Source: Eledone cirrhosa
Taxonomy: Eukaryota
Reading direction: 5' to 3'
DNA length: 64,000 bases
NCBI GenBank assembly: GCA_964016885.1
Contig: OZ024741.1
Coordinates: 155,000,001-155,064,000 of the forward strand
Under the pieces are notes generated by a model. The model was not told where the DNA came from, made no database searches, and saw only the letters and a list, made by a program, of their open reading frames with translations. Shown here in pieces: positions 1-13,074 of this stretch (positions are counted from its first letter, which is position 1; each line of letters starts with the position of its first letter). The translations under genes and the position numbers were made by a program.

Positions 1-1708
1 TCATACGCATCACATGTCCATACCAGCGCAACCGCCTCTCCTGCACACAGCATTTGATTCCTCTTATGCTCAGACTCTCTCTCAATTCATTTATGCTTTG
101 TCGTTCACGTATATTACTGTTACACATCCATTGGAGCATGCAGGCTTCGTTTCTCTCTAATCTACGTAAGTCTTCCACCTTCAGCGCCCAGGTCTCACTG
201 CCATGCAACATCGCTGTTCGGATACACGCATCATACAGTCTGCCTTTCATTCTGAGGGAGAAGCCTTTTGCAGCTAGCAGTGGTAGTAGTTCCCTAAACT
301 TCTTCCATCCCGTTCTTACCCTAGTTATTGTACTTTCTGAACACCCACCTCCGCTGCTAATTCGATCACCTAGGTAGCAGAAGTTGTCTACTGTTTCTAC
401 AGAGCCCTCCCAGAGATTGGTGGTACTTGTTTCCTGTAGCTGTTTGCTGCTTGCTGTCCCAGCACAGCTGCTGCATGTGAAGCCTACATTCTTAATTAAG
501 CTTCCTGAGATCCCGCTACATCTCTTGTGTACCCATTGTTTGCATTTGGGGCAGAGAATGGAGTTTCTACCTACACCTTTCCTACATACCGAGCAAGGCC
601 ATTTCCCTGAGGGGATCTGGGTTCTGTTTTCTCGTCTACTTACAAGGACCTTAGTCTTTGTCATGTTGACTTTGAGACCCTTTCTTTCTAGTCCCTGCTT
701 CCAAGTTTGGAATTTCTTTTCTAGTTCTATCATAGATTCATCTATAAGTGCAAGGTCATCAGCATACAGGAGTTCCCATGGGCATCCGGTCTTAAACTCC
801 TCCGTTATTGCCTGCAGGACTATGATGAACAGGAGGGGGCTAAGAACAGAGCCCTGGTGGACCCCAACCTGTACGCTAAATTCCTCGCTATACTCATTGC
901 TAACCCTAACTTTGCTGACTGCTCCCCTATACATGGCTTGTACCGCTTTCACAAGCCATTCATCAACTCCTAGTTTTCTAAGAGCCCACCAGATTACAGC
1001 ACGTGGAACTCTGTCAAAGGCTTTCTCAAGGTCGACAAATGCCAAGTAGAGTGGCTTACTTTTAGCTAGGTACTTTTCCTGTAACTACCTCACAAGGAAG
1101 AGGGCATCAGTGGTGCCTCTTCCTGGTACAAACCCAAATTGCATCTCGTCTATTTTTACCCGGTCCCTAATCAACTGTGCTATAACTCTTTCTGTTACTT
1201 TCATGACCTGGTCCATCAGCTTTATACCTCTATAGTTTGCTCTATCTAGTGCATCACCTTTACCTTTGTAGCAGTTGACAATGATGCTACTGCACCAATC
1301 TTTTGGTATGACACGTTCTAGTATTACCTGGTTAACAATACGTGTGGTTATAGTGTGACCTACAGACCCAGATGCCTTCAGCATCTCGGCAGCTATACCC
1401 GATGGACCGGTTGCTTTCCCCATCTTCATATGTTTGATTGCCTTACTTACTACGTTGCTGCTGACTTGTACTGCTGGCCCCTCTATAGGGTCTACTTGGA
1501 GTAGGGTCTCTTCTTCCCATGATTCTCCTCATTTAGTAATCTATCATAATGACTCTTCCATGCATCTTTCTTCTCAGCACTTGTGAGGGCAAGCTCACCT
1601 TTATCATTCCGGATACACTTCTCTCCAATGACATCACAACTCTCTCTGACACACTGCCTCGCAATCTTGAACACCTCCTGTTTCTTGTCCTCACGTTGCA
1701 AAACATGC
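1..1708 (-). mobile_element. RTE-clade LINE fragment (RT and thumb), 5'-truncated, runs off the window start
   Basis: Minus-strand peptides KATGPSGI, KGKGDALDRANYRGIKL, QFGFVPGRGTTDA; YADD region near 750-770; same family as 5283-8160 and 20878-24110. Confidence 0.9.
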
Positions 1709-1712
1709 TTGC

Positions 1713-1718
1713 ATATAT

Positions 1719-1776
<58 letters not shown>

Positions 1777-1793
1777 CATATATATATCATGTA

Positions 1794-1840
<47 letters not shown>
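1713..1840. repeat. (TA)n microsatellite
   Basis: Interrupted TA dinucleotide run. Confidence 0.95.
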
Positions 1841-1845
<5 letters not shown>

Positions 1846-2165
1846 TTGGAGCTCTGAAATAGCAATATATATATAAATGTATATATAATGTATTTTGCAA
1901 TACACTTTATGCTTAATTAAAAGCACTTTGAAGACCGTATGCTATTGTTTTAGAGTAGTGACAAACTCACTTACTTTAATCTCAGCAAACAGGGGAGATA
2001 AGCCGACAAGGCCTTGTTTCGCATTTATTGATGCTTATCAAGGCTAACTACTCCCTCCTGTCTACTGAGATCACTGATGTTATAAAGCATTTAAAATATG
2101 ATGAAAGTTGGGTGTTAAATAAATGAACAAAAATGAATTATAAAGAATAGATTACGTACTAACTA
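1841..2165 (-). mobile_element. Penelope-like terminal repeat (same family as 62331-62767)
   Basis: Shares tagaattgg..ctctgaaatagc..tattttgcaatac..gcttaattaaaagc with 62331-62545; abuts (TA)n; contains a hammerhead motif. Confidence 0.6.
2001..2045 (-). ncRNA. Minimal type-I hammerhead ribozyme (U3-A8 variant)
   Basis: Minus strand AGCC-UUGAUAA-GCAU caauaa AUGC-GAAA-CAAGGCCUUG-UC-GGCU: stems I, II and III all pair; GUC cleavage triplet. Confidence 0.85.
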
Positions 2166-2569
2166 CATCATCATCATCACCGTTTTACATCTATTTTTCC
2201 ATGTTAACATGGGTTAGATCTTAAGAAAAAATTATGAATTAAAAATTAAAAAAGTTTAAATTAGAAAACTGTGTAAATTAGGTGTAAGTTTAGATAAAGT
2301 ATCGGTTTGTACATCCACATACATATATGTACACATATACATGTATACACTCACACATATATATATTTTTTTATTGTCTATCTGGAAGATAATGCCTGTA
2401 TGTGTGAAAGCAGGGAAGGGCCTTCACATAAGCCGTTATAGAACGCCAAGCCACACTCCTTCCTTTTCATTACAAACATATTAGTGAGAAATAGATTTTT
2501 TATTTTAATGAAACACAGGCAGTATTTGTATGTGTGTGTATACATGTATATGTGCAAATATATGGTGTT

Positions 2570-3044
2570 ATGATAAAGTATGCTTATACCTCCATTGGTT
2601 TTTATGCAAGAAATAGGAGTTTGCAACCATTGCGAAATGGTATCAGCACAAACCAGAGAAAGTCTTAGAAAATTAGACTGTAAAGCTCTTGTGGAACTTT
2701 ACGATCCAGATAAATAGTGTTCTTGAAAATACAGAGCCAGACATAACTTTGGTGGAGAAAGTTACTGAAAGAAGGTGTTTGATCAATGTAGCTTGCACAT
2801 CAATGGTAAAGAAACCGAGAAAATCATAAAGTATGCAGACTTGAGAATAAATGTCGAGAGAATGTTGAATATGAAAGCAAGAGTGGCACAAATTCTGATT
2901 GGAGCATTTGGGTCAGTGACAGAAAACTTCTTGAAAAACATTGATAGAATTGGAATTAGTCCCAGAATTACAACATTGCAGAAAACAACACTTTTGGGAA
3001 TAGCAGATATCCTACAGAAATACTGTCTATCTAGGGTTACATAA
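2570..3044 (+). mobile_element. R4/Dong-like non-LTR element 3' remnant (restriction-like endonuclease)
   Basis: WYQHKPEKVLEN..LWNFTIQ..PDITLV..KIIKYADL..ILIGAFGSV..LQKTTLLG, the typical R4-clade RLE C-terminus; stops and frameshifts present. Confidence 0.75.
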
Positions 3045-3104
3045 CTTGATAGGGAGTCAATTAAATGATCCAGTGTTAAGATCATCACTGTGCAAATGAA
3101 TAAT

Positions 3105-4175
3105 AATTGTTTCAACTTTTGGCACAAGGCCAGCAATTACCCAGTACATTACTGGTACTTTATTTTATCGACCCCGTAAGGATGAAAGGCAAAGTTAACC
3201 TTGGCGGGATTTGAACTCAGATTGTAAAGGGATGTAACTCTTTGCGTCAAAGCATGGCGTCCGACCCTCTACTGATACTGCCAATCCACCGACCTTAATA
3301 TGCAAATGAATAATAATAATAACTGTTTCTACTAAGGATGAAAGGCAAAGTAAACCTCGGCAGGATTTGAACTCAAACCTTAAAGGGTCGTAACTCTATG
3401 CTGCAAAGAGATACAGCCCTTTAATAATTGTTTCTACTTTTGGCACAAGGCCAGCAATTATCCCAGTATATTACTGGTACTTTATTTTATCGACCCCCGT
3501 AAGGATGAAAGGCAAAGTTAACCTTGGCGGGATTTGAACTCAGACCGCATAGGGCCGTAACTATGCTGCAAAGCATGGTGTCCGACTCTCTACCGATACT
3601 GCCAATCCACTGCCCCTTTAATAATAATGGATACACCCCTTTAATAATAATGGTTTCTTATATAGGCACAAGGCCAGCAATTTTGGGTGAGGTGAAAGTC
3701 GATTAAATCGACCCAGTGCGTGACTGGTACTTTATTTCATAAAGGGCCATAACTTTATGCTGCGAAGCATGTTGGCTGATGCTCTATCGATACTGCCAAT
3801 CCACCACCCTTATAATAATTGTTTCTACTTTTGGCACAAGGCCTGCAATTACCCAGTACATTACTGGTACTTTATTTTATCGACCCCATAAGGATGAAAA
3901 GCAAAGTTATCCTCGACGGGATTTGAACTCAGACCGTAAAGGGATGTAACTATGCTGGAAAGCATGGCGTCCAACCCTGTACCGATACTGCCAATTCACC
4001 GCCCTCCACCACCCTTATAATAATAATAAGATTGTTGTCATACAAAAGTCAATCTTGCTAGATATTTATAATTGTTTATACTTTTGGCACAAGGCCAGCA
4101 ATTACCCAGTACATTACTGGTACTTTATTTTATCGACCCCGTAGGGATGAAAGGCAAAGCTAACCTCGGTGGGAT
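3105..4175 (-). mobile_element. Tandem cluster of about 6 tRNA-derived SINE copies (Nin/Deu-like central domain)
   Basis: Repeated unit; minus strand has A-box-like tggcagtatcgg, B-box gagttcaaatccc and the core gcctttcatccttacggggtcgataaaataaagtaccag; (ATT) tails. Confidence 0.8.
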
Positions 4176-5282
4176 ATCAGTTTGATGTCCTTGTTGTACC
4201 TTGACAGATGACTAAATTCTCATGTGCATTAATCGTCTAGACTGCATGACAAAGTGATAATAATAATATCACATACAAAATCTATGTAACATACAGAAAA
4301 TAACACTATTAGGTATACATACATTTTACAAAGAATACTTTCAAAACAGAATTAAAATCAATACTGCAGACATCCAAGGACACAGAGCTGTGCTCAATTT
4401 ATGCAGTGTCAGCATGCTATGAAAATAAGACTAATGATAATAATAATGATTTCAATATTAATCACAAAGCTTTTACAAAAAGCACATAAAGTGTGGTACA
4501 ATGTAACACAGTACAGTTTATGGAAATGTGAAAAAATAACAAATAACAAGAATAAAAACTAAAGAGGTAACAACAAAATTCAAAGTGGTAGTGACAGCAG
4601 TGCAGAGTATAAGCTATCAAACAATATAAGACAACAGTCTCCACTCTATTAATTATGACAAATTGTTTTCTGGCTCTTCACATTTTGGCTTCTTTAAAAC
4701 CTTTTGATATAATACAAACCTGTTTGTTTTAAAGTGTTTATATTTATTTAAAAACCCAGCTAAGATGAAGGTTTAAATGTCCAAGACACATTATAAATCA
4801 TGATGGTACCACTAAGACTTAATCAGGAGTTAAATTGCCCATTGCATGGTATGGCTGCTACTCTAGATTTCACACTTTATTTCACATTGCTACTTCTGCC
4901 AGGAGTTGCAGCCGGTAGATAGTATCAGCAATGGAAAGATCAATGGAAACATTATTTCCTTGGTCTGATTTGACAAGGTCCACCCCACTTGGTTAGCGAA
5001 CGAAGTCTGTGATCTTGTCGATCGATTAGAGTGAGCTGTGCTATACTATTGGTTGGGGAAAAACTTTTGATTTCAAGGACACACTTTGAAATTTTTGCAA
5101 TTCCAGTCAGTCTACAGTAACAGCAGCAGCAGATCAACAAATCAATAAAAATAATGAAGTGCTCAGTATATTTTGTTGCACGGATACACTGCACTGTGCT
5201 GCAGGATATGCATACATATGGGCAGGAAGTCAAGGAGGTAGTTAAGCTATTAGAAAGAGAAAAATATCAATCACACACACAC

Positions 5283-8160
5283 ATCATCATCATCATCATC
5301 ATTTAACGTCTATCTACCACGCTTGCATGGGTTTAGACAGGAATTGTCCCACTTGAGGCAAGATTAGTCGGAAGACTGTATCTCATTCATATAGGACTGT
5401 CTGGCAGGTTTTCTACAGCTGGATGCCTTTCCTAACACCAACCACGTTTACAGTGTGGACTGGGAGGTTTTTACCATGTTATCTATACGGCCACATTACA
5501 GCGTGGACTGTGTGTTTTTTTGTTGTGACACCTACACAACCTCATTTATTTTGGACTGGATGTTGTGGTACCAACATAACAGGTTTTTCTGAGTCTACCT
5601 ACTCCATAATTTCCATGAATTTTGATCGCCCTGCACTTTTTTATACAGCTGTCATCTTTCATGCGCATCATGTGACCATACCAACGTAGTCTTCTCTCGG
5701 GTAAACAGCATCTGAGCCCTCTTATTCCTAATTTCTCACTTAGTTCATTTATGCTTTGCCATTTGCATATATTACTATTACACATCCAACGGAGCATGCA
5801 TGCTTCGTTCCTCTCCAGTCTGTGCAGGTCCTCTGCACACAATGCCCATGTCTCACTACCATGTAACATTGCTGTTCGTATGCACGCATCATACAATCTG
5901 CCTTTCATTTTTAGAGAGAAACCTTTTGTGGCCAATAGTGGTATAAGCTCTCTGAACGTTTTCCATCCCGTTCTGACTCTGGCTACTGTACTTTCAGAGC
6001 ACTCTCCATCATTGCTGATCTTGTCACCCAGGTAACAGAAAGTGTACACTATTTCTATTGAACTATCTGGGGAGTAGAAGGAGCTGGTATCCGGCCACAT
6101 ATAAAATCTATGTTCTTAGATAGCTTGCCTGTGATCCCACTACATCTTTTATGTACCCATAGTTTGCATTTGGGACATAAAATGGAATTTCTGCCTACTC
6201 CTTTCCTACACACTGAGCATGGCCATTTCCCAGAGGGGACCTGTGCCCTATTTTCCTTTCTATATACTAGAACTTTAGTCTTAGACAAGTTAACTTTAAG
6301 GCCTTTTGATTCTAGGCCATGCTTCCATGTTTGGAATTTCTTCTCTTGTTCAGACATTGATTCAGCTATGAGAGTTGGATCATCAGTGTATAGAAGTTCC
6401 CATGGGCAGCCGGTTTTGAACTCCTCTATTATAGCCCGAAGGTCAATAATAAATAGGAGGGGGCTAAGGACAGAGCCTTGATGAACACCAACTTTTACGC
6501 TAAATTCTTCACTATATTCGTTGTTAATTCTAACCTTGCTGACTGTTTCTTTATACATGGCTTGTATAGCTCTCACAAGCCATTCACCAACACCTAGTTT
6601 TCTAAGAGCCCATCAGATAATGGAGCGGGGACTCTGTCAAAGGCTTTCTCCAAGTCAACAAAAGCTAAGTAGAGGGGTTTACTTTTAGCTAGGTACTTCT
6701 CCTGTAGTTGTCATACAAGGAAAACAGCGTCTGTGGTACTTTTACCTGACACAAACCCAAACTGCATTTCATCTAGATCAATACACTCTCTGATTAGTTG
6801 CGCTATAACTCTTTCTGTGACCTTCAAGACCTGGTCAACTAATTTAATGCCTCTGTAGTTTCCCCTACCTAAAGCATCTCCTTTCCCTTGTAGCAGTTAA
6901 TGATGATGCTGCTATGCCAGTCATTTGGTATGATCCCATTCTCTATTACTTTGTTTAATTACAGACACACTTCTCCCCGACAATATCACTGTTTTCCTTG
7001 ACACATTGTCTAGCAATCCTGAACACCTCACGTTTTTGGTCCTCGCGTTGTAGAATATGCTTGAACTTTCTTTCCTCTGCTTCCTTTCTTGCAAAGTACA
7101 CTTGTCTCCTAGCTTCTCTCCTGGCCACTTGATAGTGTTCTCTACTTCCCTCATCCCTCCATGGTTTCCAAGCCTGCTTTTTGGCCTTGATTGGTTCCTC
7201 CACCTTACTGTTCCACCACCAAGTTACTCTCCTCCTGCCTATAGGTCTGCTCCAGCTACAGATTTCATCTGTCGCCTTCAGCAGATTAACTTTCAGGAAT
7301 TCCCACTGTTGTTGAGTACGTCTAGTCCTGATTATGAGGTCACTAACTATGAGGCTATGTTGGGAGGGGCATTCTTCACTGGGGAGGGATTTAGTGTTTA
7401 CAACAGACACTTTGACACGTCTTCTGGTAAGGATATAATCTATCTGACTGGCGTGTTCCCCTGATCTATAGGTGATCAAGTGATTGTCTCATTTTTTAAA
7501 GTTTGTGTTACGGATAGTTAGGTTATTAGCGTCACAGAATTCCAGGATTCTGAAGCCTTCCTCATTTCTAGTACCAAATCCATAGCCTCCATGGATTCCA
7601 TCATAGCCGTCACAATGTTGTCCAACATGACCATTTAGGTCACCAGCAATAATTATGTAGTCACTGTCGGTTATTTGGGAGGAAGTGAGCATTAGAAACT
7701 CATAGAATCTGTCTTTTATAATGCCAGGCAGTCCAGATTGGGATGTGTAAGCAGATATTATTGTCACAGTAGTTCTATTTAGGACTATACTATTTTAATT
7801 ATTCTGTCATTAAGTCTATTTACGTCAATTACCTTATCTACCCATTTTTCTGCTAACATAATTCCTACTCCACCCAGTCCATTGTCATTTCCCACCCAGA
7901 AAAGTTTATAGCATCGTTTTTTACCCACAATGAATCTAGCAGACCCACCCCTCCACCTAGTCTCTTGAACAACAAACATCAACTTCCTTATGTTCAAGCA
8001 TTTCTACAACCTCATTTGAGTGACCTTTTAAAGTGCCTACATTCATGGTACCAACTCTGAAGTTTTGGATTTTGTTGGGTGGGTGGAAGGGATGGGTTGG
8101 AGGTGCAGGGAGGGTTGAGGGAGATGGGGTTATGTTAGCCATCCGTGTCTGAAATAAAGA
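5283..8160 (-). mobile_element. Near full-length degenerate RTE LINE (APE, RT, 3' UTR, (GAT)n tail)
   Basis: FRVGTMNVGTL, VQETRW, IAGDLNGHVG, SQIDYIL, GVHQGSVLSPLLF, LLYTDD, RRLRWYGH; multiple frameshifts. Confidence 0.92.
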
Positions 8161-8585
8161 GGAGTCCTTGCATCCTCGTCCGGCAACAGGAGGTGAATTT
8201 ATCTTTATCTTTGATATTGTCATTGAGTGTTCAGATTCTTCAGACTCTCCAAATTCTGTAGTCCATCTAGCATATCGGAAAGCAACCAGGTCTAAACATA
8301 CATATATATACATATACATGTGTGTGTGTGTGCATATGTGTGTGTGTTTAGAGAGAGAGAGAGAGTCTGTGGTGCTGAGACCAAGGAAACCACTAATTAT
8401 GGGAGTGCTCATTGCATGGGGAGATGCAGAGTGGGTATAAAGATAGGTAAAATCCTTACCGCAGTTTTGGCATGAGTTGAAACCGCTTGGAGCCATGGTC
8501 AGGATTTTACCTATCTCTCTATATATATGTATATATATATAGAGAGATGGTCAGCTGCAACAATAACACCTATTTTGTGGGCCAT

Positions 8586-9290
8586 CTACGAATCAAATAC
8601 CAGCTGCCCATGGGAACTCCTGTATACAAATGATCTCACACTCATAGCTGAATCTATGGCAGAATTTGGGAAGGAATTCCAAATCTAGAAACATGGCCTA
8701 GAAACAAAGGGTCTTAAAGTCGACTTGACAAATACTAAGGTCCTAGTAAGTAGAAGGGAAAACAGATCTGCAATCCCCTTGGGGAAATGGCCCTGCTCAG
8801 TGTGTAGGAATGGTGTAGGTAGAAATTCCATCCACTGTCCCAAAAGCAAACTATGGGTACACAAGAGATATAATGGGATCTCAGTTAGTTTAGCTAAGAA
8901 CCATTGCTAGTTACAAAAGGCTTTTCCTTCAAAATGAAAGGCAGACTGTATGATGCATGTATATGAGCAGCAATGTTGCATTGTAGTGAGGCCTAGGTGC
9001 TATGTGCAGAGGACTTACAAAGACTGGAAGCAAATGAAGCTTGCATGCTTCGATGGATGTGTAATAGTAATATACATGAACGGAAAAGCATAAACGAAAT
9101 GAGAGAGAAACTAGGCATTAGAGAAATCCGATGCAGTGTGCAGGAGAGGATATTGTGTTGGTAATGATGAGGTGATAAAAGCTGACCTTGCACAATTGCA
9201 CCTCTCAAAGGTGATGGCACAGGACCAGGATCTCTGGCATTATGCAGTAATACAGAAGACCCACCACCTTATGAGCACAAGCTGAAGCAT
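8586..9290 (+). mobile_element. Deleted RTE LINE 3' fragment
   Basis: CPWELLY, KWPCSVCRNGVGRNSI, EACMLRWMC. Confidence 0.85.
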
Positions 9291-9771
9291 ACATTTTGTA
9301 TGCACCGCCTTCATCTCCCTGCCACACAGCTTCCACGTCCTAACACTCTACCTCTCGCACACGCCCATATAACCACCACCTAATGTGTGTGTGTATGAGT
9401 GTGTGTGTGGGTGGGTGTAAATGTGTGAGTGTGTATGTGTGTGTGGGTGGGTGTGAATGTATGCCAATGTGTGCGAGTGTGTGAGTGTGTATGTGTGAGA
9501 GTGTGATCTTGATGTGCTTGCATGTGTGTGTGTTCATATGTTTATGTCCTGCAACATAGCAGTTTAAAAAAAGAGTAATCAATAAAATAAGAACATTGGA
9601 AAAAAATTAGTACTGGGATCGATATAATTGATTAAATCCTTTCAAGGTAGCGCCCCAGCATGGCCGCTGTCTAATGATTGAAACCAGTAAAATAATAAAG
9701 GAATAAAAGAATTAAGGTAGGAAGTTAATGAGATTTTTAACCCATTAAGAAGAAAAATCAGTCACACAAAC

Positions 9772-9803
<32 letters not shown>

Positions 9804-10529
9804 GTGTGTGTGTGAGTGTGTGTATTCATCATTGATTGACCTATGAGATCAATAAAATCTGATACAGAACACTCTCCAGGCATGGCTCTCCAAGCCAGAT
9901 ATCATCTTACAGGAAGGATATCCACAAAAATATATTTTTTTAAATCATCCCCCTGCCTCCCACCCCCCAAAAAGTTATATAAAACTTTTCAACAAATCAA
10001 TCATATAAAACACATTATCTGTCCCCCACTGCTGATCATATGTCAGCTGCAAGAAATGACATCACGTGGTTTAGATTCAAGAGAAAAATCAAATTATATT
10101 GATACAAATTCAATATACCATCCTGATCAAATTGTTATGTTCAATGTATATATATATATATATGTGTGTGTGTGAGTGTTGTGTATATTTATAGGAAAAA
10201 GAAGTTGAAAATGCTATTGGAGTATCTAAGAAGACTTATTTACAATAACTTTTCTGGTTTCAGAGTTTGATGATTTTCAAAAGTTAAGTGAGATGGTGAG
10301 ATGTGTGGCTATGCCGTGATGTGTTTCATATCTTATGGATTGGGAAATTTCTTTCTGTTTTATGCAAAAAAAGTGCCTCAAATTACTATCTGTTTAAAAT
10401 ACAATTTGATTGGTTGTGGATTAATATTGGTAAAGTTATTGTAAATACATTTTCTTAAAGACTCCAATTGCATTTTCAACTTCTTTTTCCTATATTTTTA
10501 CCCGTGTGGTATATAAAAATATTAAACCT

Positions 10530-10955
10530 TGGAGGTGATAAAAGCTGACCTTGCCCAATTGCACTTCTCAAAGGCGATGACACAGGACCAAGACCTCTGG
10601 CATTACGCAGTAATACAGAAGACCTAACTTCTCACGGGTACAAGCCGAAGCTTAAGCATATAGACAGTATGCCTCCACCCCTTCCTACTGTAAAGTGGTC
10701 GTGTAGGTGTCACAACAAAAATCACCCAGTCCACACTGTAAAGTGGTCGTGTAGGCACCACAGTAAAAAAAGCACTTGGTATTCAAAGTAAATGAGGTTG
10801 GTGTTCGGAAGGGTATCCAGCTGTAGAAATCAAGCAAAAATAAGTTCCTGTATGAGCAAGACAATGTCACCTGACCTGGCATTGCCCAAAACAGGACAAT
10901 CTGTCTAACCCATGCTAGCGTGGAAGAATGGACGTAAAACGATCATGATGATGAT
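10530..10955 (+). mobile_element. RTE LINE 3' end (UTR with tandem ~40 bp units and (GAT)n tail)
   Basis: ORF end TWEVIKADL..WHYAVIQKT and terminal aacccatgctagcgtggaag..gatgatgat. Confidence 0.8.
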
Positions 10956-11399
10956 ATATATATATATATACATACACACATATATTTTAAAAGAAATATA
11001 TGTAAAATGAATTTAACAATTTTTTGTTATTTGTTTAATTGCTAAAATGACACCTCCATGATGGTTACATCATGGAGGTGTCATTTAAAAATTATAGTAA
11101 AAAGCAATTTTAAGATGGATTATAATTGATTTTCATTTTTTCAAAAATATTTTTTTCTCTCTTTGTGTTTTTGCCTTTCATTATTTTTATTAACATATTT
11201 TATCAATTATGAAGAAGAAAAAAATCACTAATTACTTCTGTGCCTGGTTCTTAATTAATATTCCCATGTCTGAAATTTCATCTTTAATAGGAAAGTTGTA
11301 AAGTGTAAAGTAGAGGTGGTCTTTTAGTACATGATGAGCTTTTAATAAAGGATTAACTAACGAATACTGTGAATAGGGTGAATTTTACTGATTTATTAT

Positions 11400-11620
11400 T
11401 ATTGTTGTTGTTATCTGTAACACAGCAAATTTTCCAGAAATGAAAACTAAGTACTAACTATGGACTGAGATGGTACATATCATTCATGATTCGAGGACTC
11501 TGTAGTGTATCCAAACATTCCCAAGGAGTGCTAGTTTTTTGTATTGTCTAATCTTCAAATTGACTCCAATCTTCTCAATCCACTTAGGAAGTTAAGTACT
11601 GCCCAGATCACCTACAACAG
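11400..11620 (-). mobile_element. R4/Dong-like 3' remnant
   Basis: Minus strand resembles IQKLALLG..WILQRVL, compare 2960-3030. Confidence 0.45.
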
Positions 11621-11769
11621 AGGTTGTCAAACTTTTTAGGCCACTGCCCTCCTCATGGTCATGTAATACCCTCAGTGCCCCCATCCCTATTTCCAGAGAG
11701 ACCTTCCTACATGCAAATTGTAATAATTTATATATAATAAATGATATATAATAAATAATATAATATATA

Positions 11770-12175
11770 CTATCGAAAGGTTGTGAATTCAATTGTCAGA
11801 CCGGGTGATGTGTTGTTTCCTTGAGCAAGACACTTTATTTCACATTGCTCCAGTTTACTCAGCTGTAGAAATGAGATGATAGGACTGGGGTCCCTATCAT
11901 TCCACTGCAAAGTGGTCGTGGAGGTGCCATGGCAAAAAAGCACCCTGCCCACACTGTAAAAGTGGACGTGTAGGCACCATGGAAAAAATCACCCAGCACT
12001 CACTGTAAATGAGGTTGGTGTTGGGAAGAGCATCCAGCTGTAGAAATCAAGCCAGAATCAGTTCCCATATGAGCAAGACAAGGTCAGCCGACCGGACACT
12101 GCCCACAACAGGACAACCTGTCTAACCCATGCTAGCGTGGAAGAACGGAAGTAAAACGGTGATGATGATGATGAT
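11770..12175 (+). mobile_element. tRNA-derived CORE-like SINE with RTE-shared 3' tail
   Basis: B-box gaattcaattg, core tttccttgagcaagacactttatttcacattgctccag, then the RTE 3' UTR and (GAT)n; matches 31647-31995. Confidence 0.8.
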
Positions 12176-12482
12176 ACTATGTATAAATAAATATATATTT
12201 TTTATTTTACTATATTTATATATAATATGTATCATTTGATATTTGATATATTGTTACATCATCTCTAGCGCCCCACGAAAGCCCCAGCACCCTCTGGACC
12301 TTCTCCCCCCTCCCTCCCCGGGTAACTGCAGCACCCACTTTGAGAACATCTGACCTACTGCAATGGGAATAACTTCCACCTCTTTTCATTGTCCACAACT
12401 TTATACAACTCCCATTATAAGTTGTCATAGTCTTCCAGCTTTTCTTCCTTCTCAGCCATGCTGTTATCTCCAAGACAGGCTC

Positions 12483-12905
12483 CTTCTTCTTCTTCTTCTT
12501 CTTCTTCTTCTTCTTCTTCTTCTTCTTCTTTTCTTCGCCCACTTATTCCTGAGAGCGTCGTGGGGGCAGAGTCAAAACACTCCCTCCAATGGGTCCAGTC
12601 AGAAGCAATCATTTCCAACTGATCCGGCTGAAACTCCAAGTGAGCCCAGCCATGCTCATGGATGTTATCCAACCATCTTGCTTGGGGTCTACCCCTGGGT
12701 CTCCTATCTGTTTGTTTCACCCGTAAAATCTGTCCAGCGATTCTTTCCTGAGACATTCTAACCACATGACCATAGTATCGGAGCTGTGATCTCTTAATTT
12801 GGAGAAATAGCGGCTCTACCTGGAGTGACTCTCTGATCTCCAAGCTACACAGTTTATTGAGTAACAATACTCCAAAGACCTTTTAGCAGAACCCCATTTT
12901 GGCTG
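12483..12905 (-). mobile_element. Second RTE family, 3' fragment with (GAA)n tail
   Basis: EIRESLQVEPL..SQLRYYGHVVRM..RPRGRPQARWLD; another copy at 61075-61500. Confidence 0.8.
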
Positions 12906-13074
12906 CTTGTATTCACAGGCAATATCAATAATTATACAGGCTCTCTTTTGTTTACTACAATGTCCAGTTTACTGGGGAGAACCCCATGGTCACATTGAAT
13001 CATTACATCTCAAAGTATTTTGTAATTTTCAATCACACCTCTTGGGGTTTGCCATATCTCATCTCTGCTATCAG

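Noticed and set aside
54-1049. Long + strand ORFs (also 5751-6481, 21832-22332, 59298-60023 minus)
   Set aside because: Antisense shadows of RTE coding sequence.
4860-5250. Non-repetitive-looking segment with a 93 aa minus ORF and possible splice sites
   Set aside because: No recognisable protein in any frame and no partner exons found.
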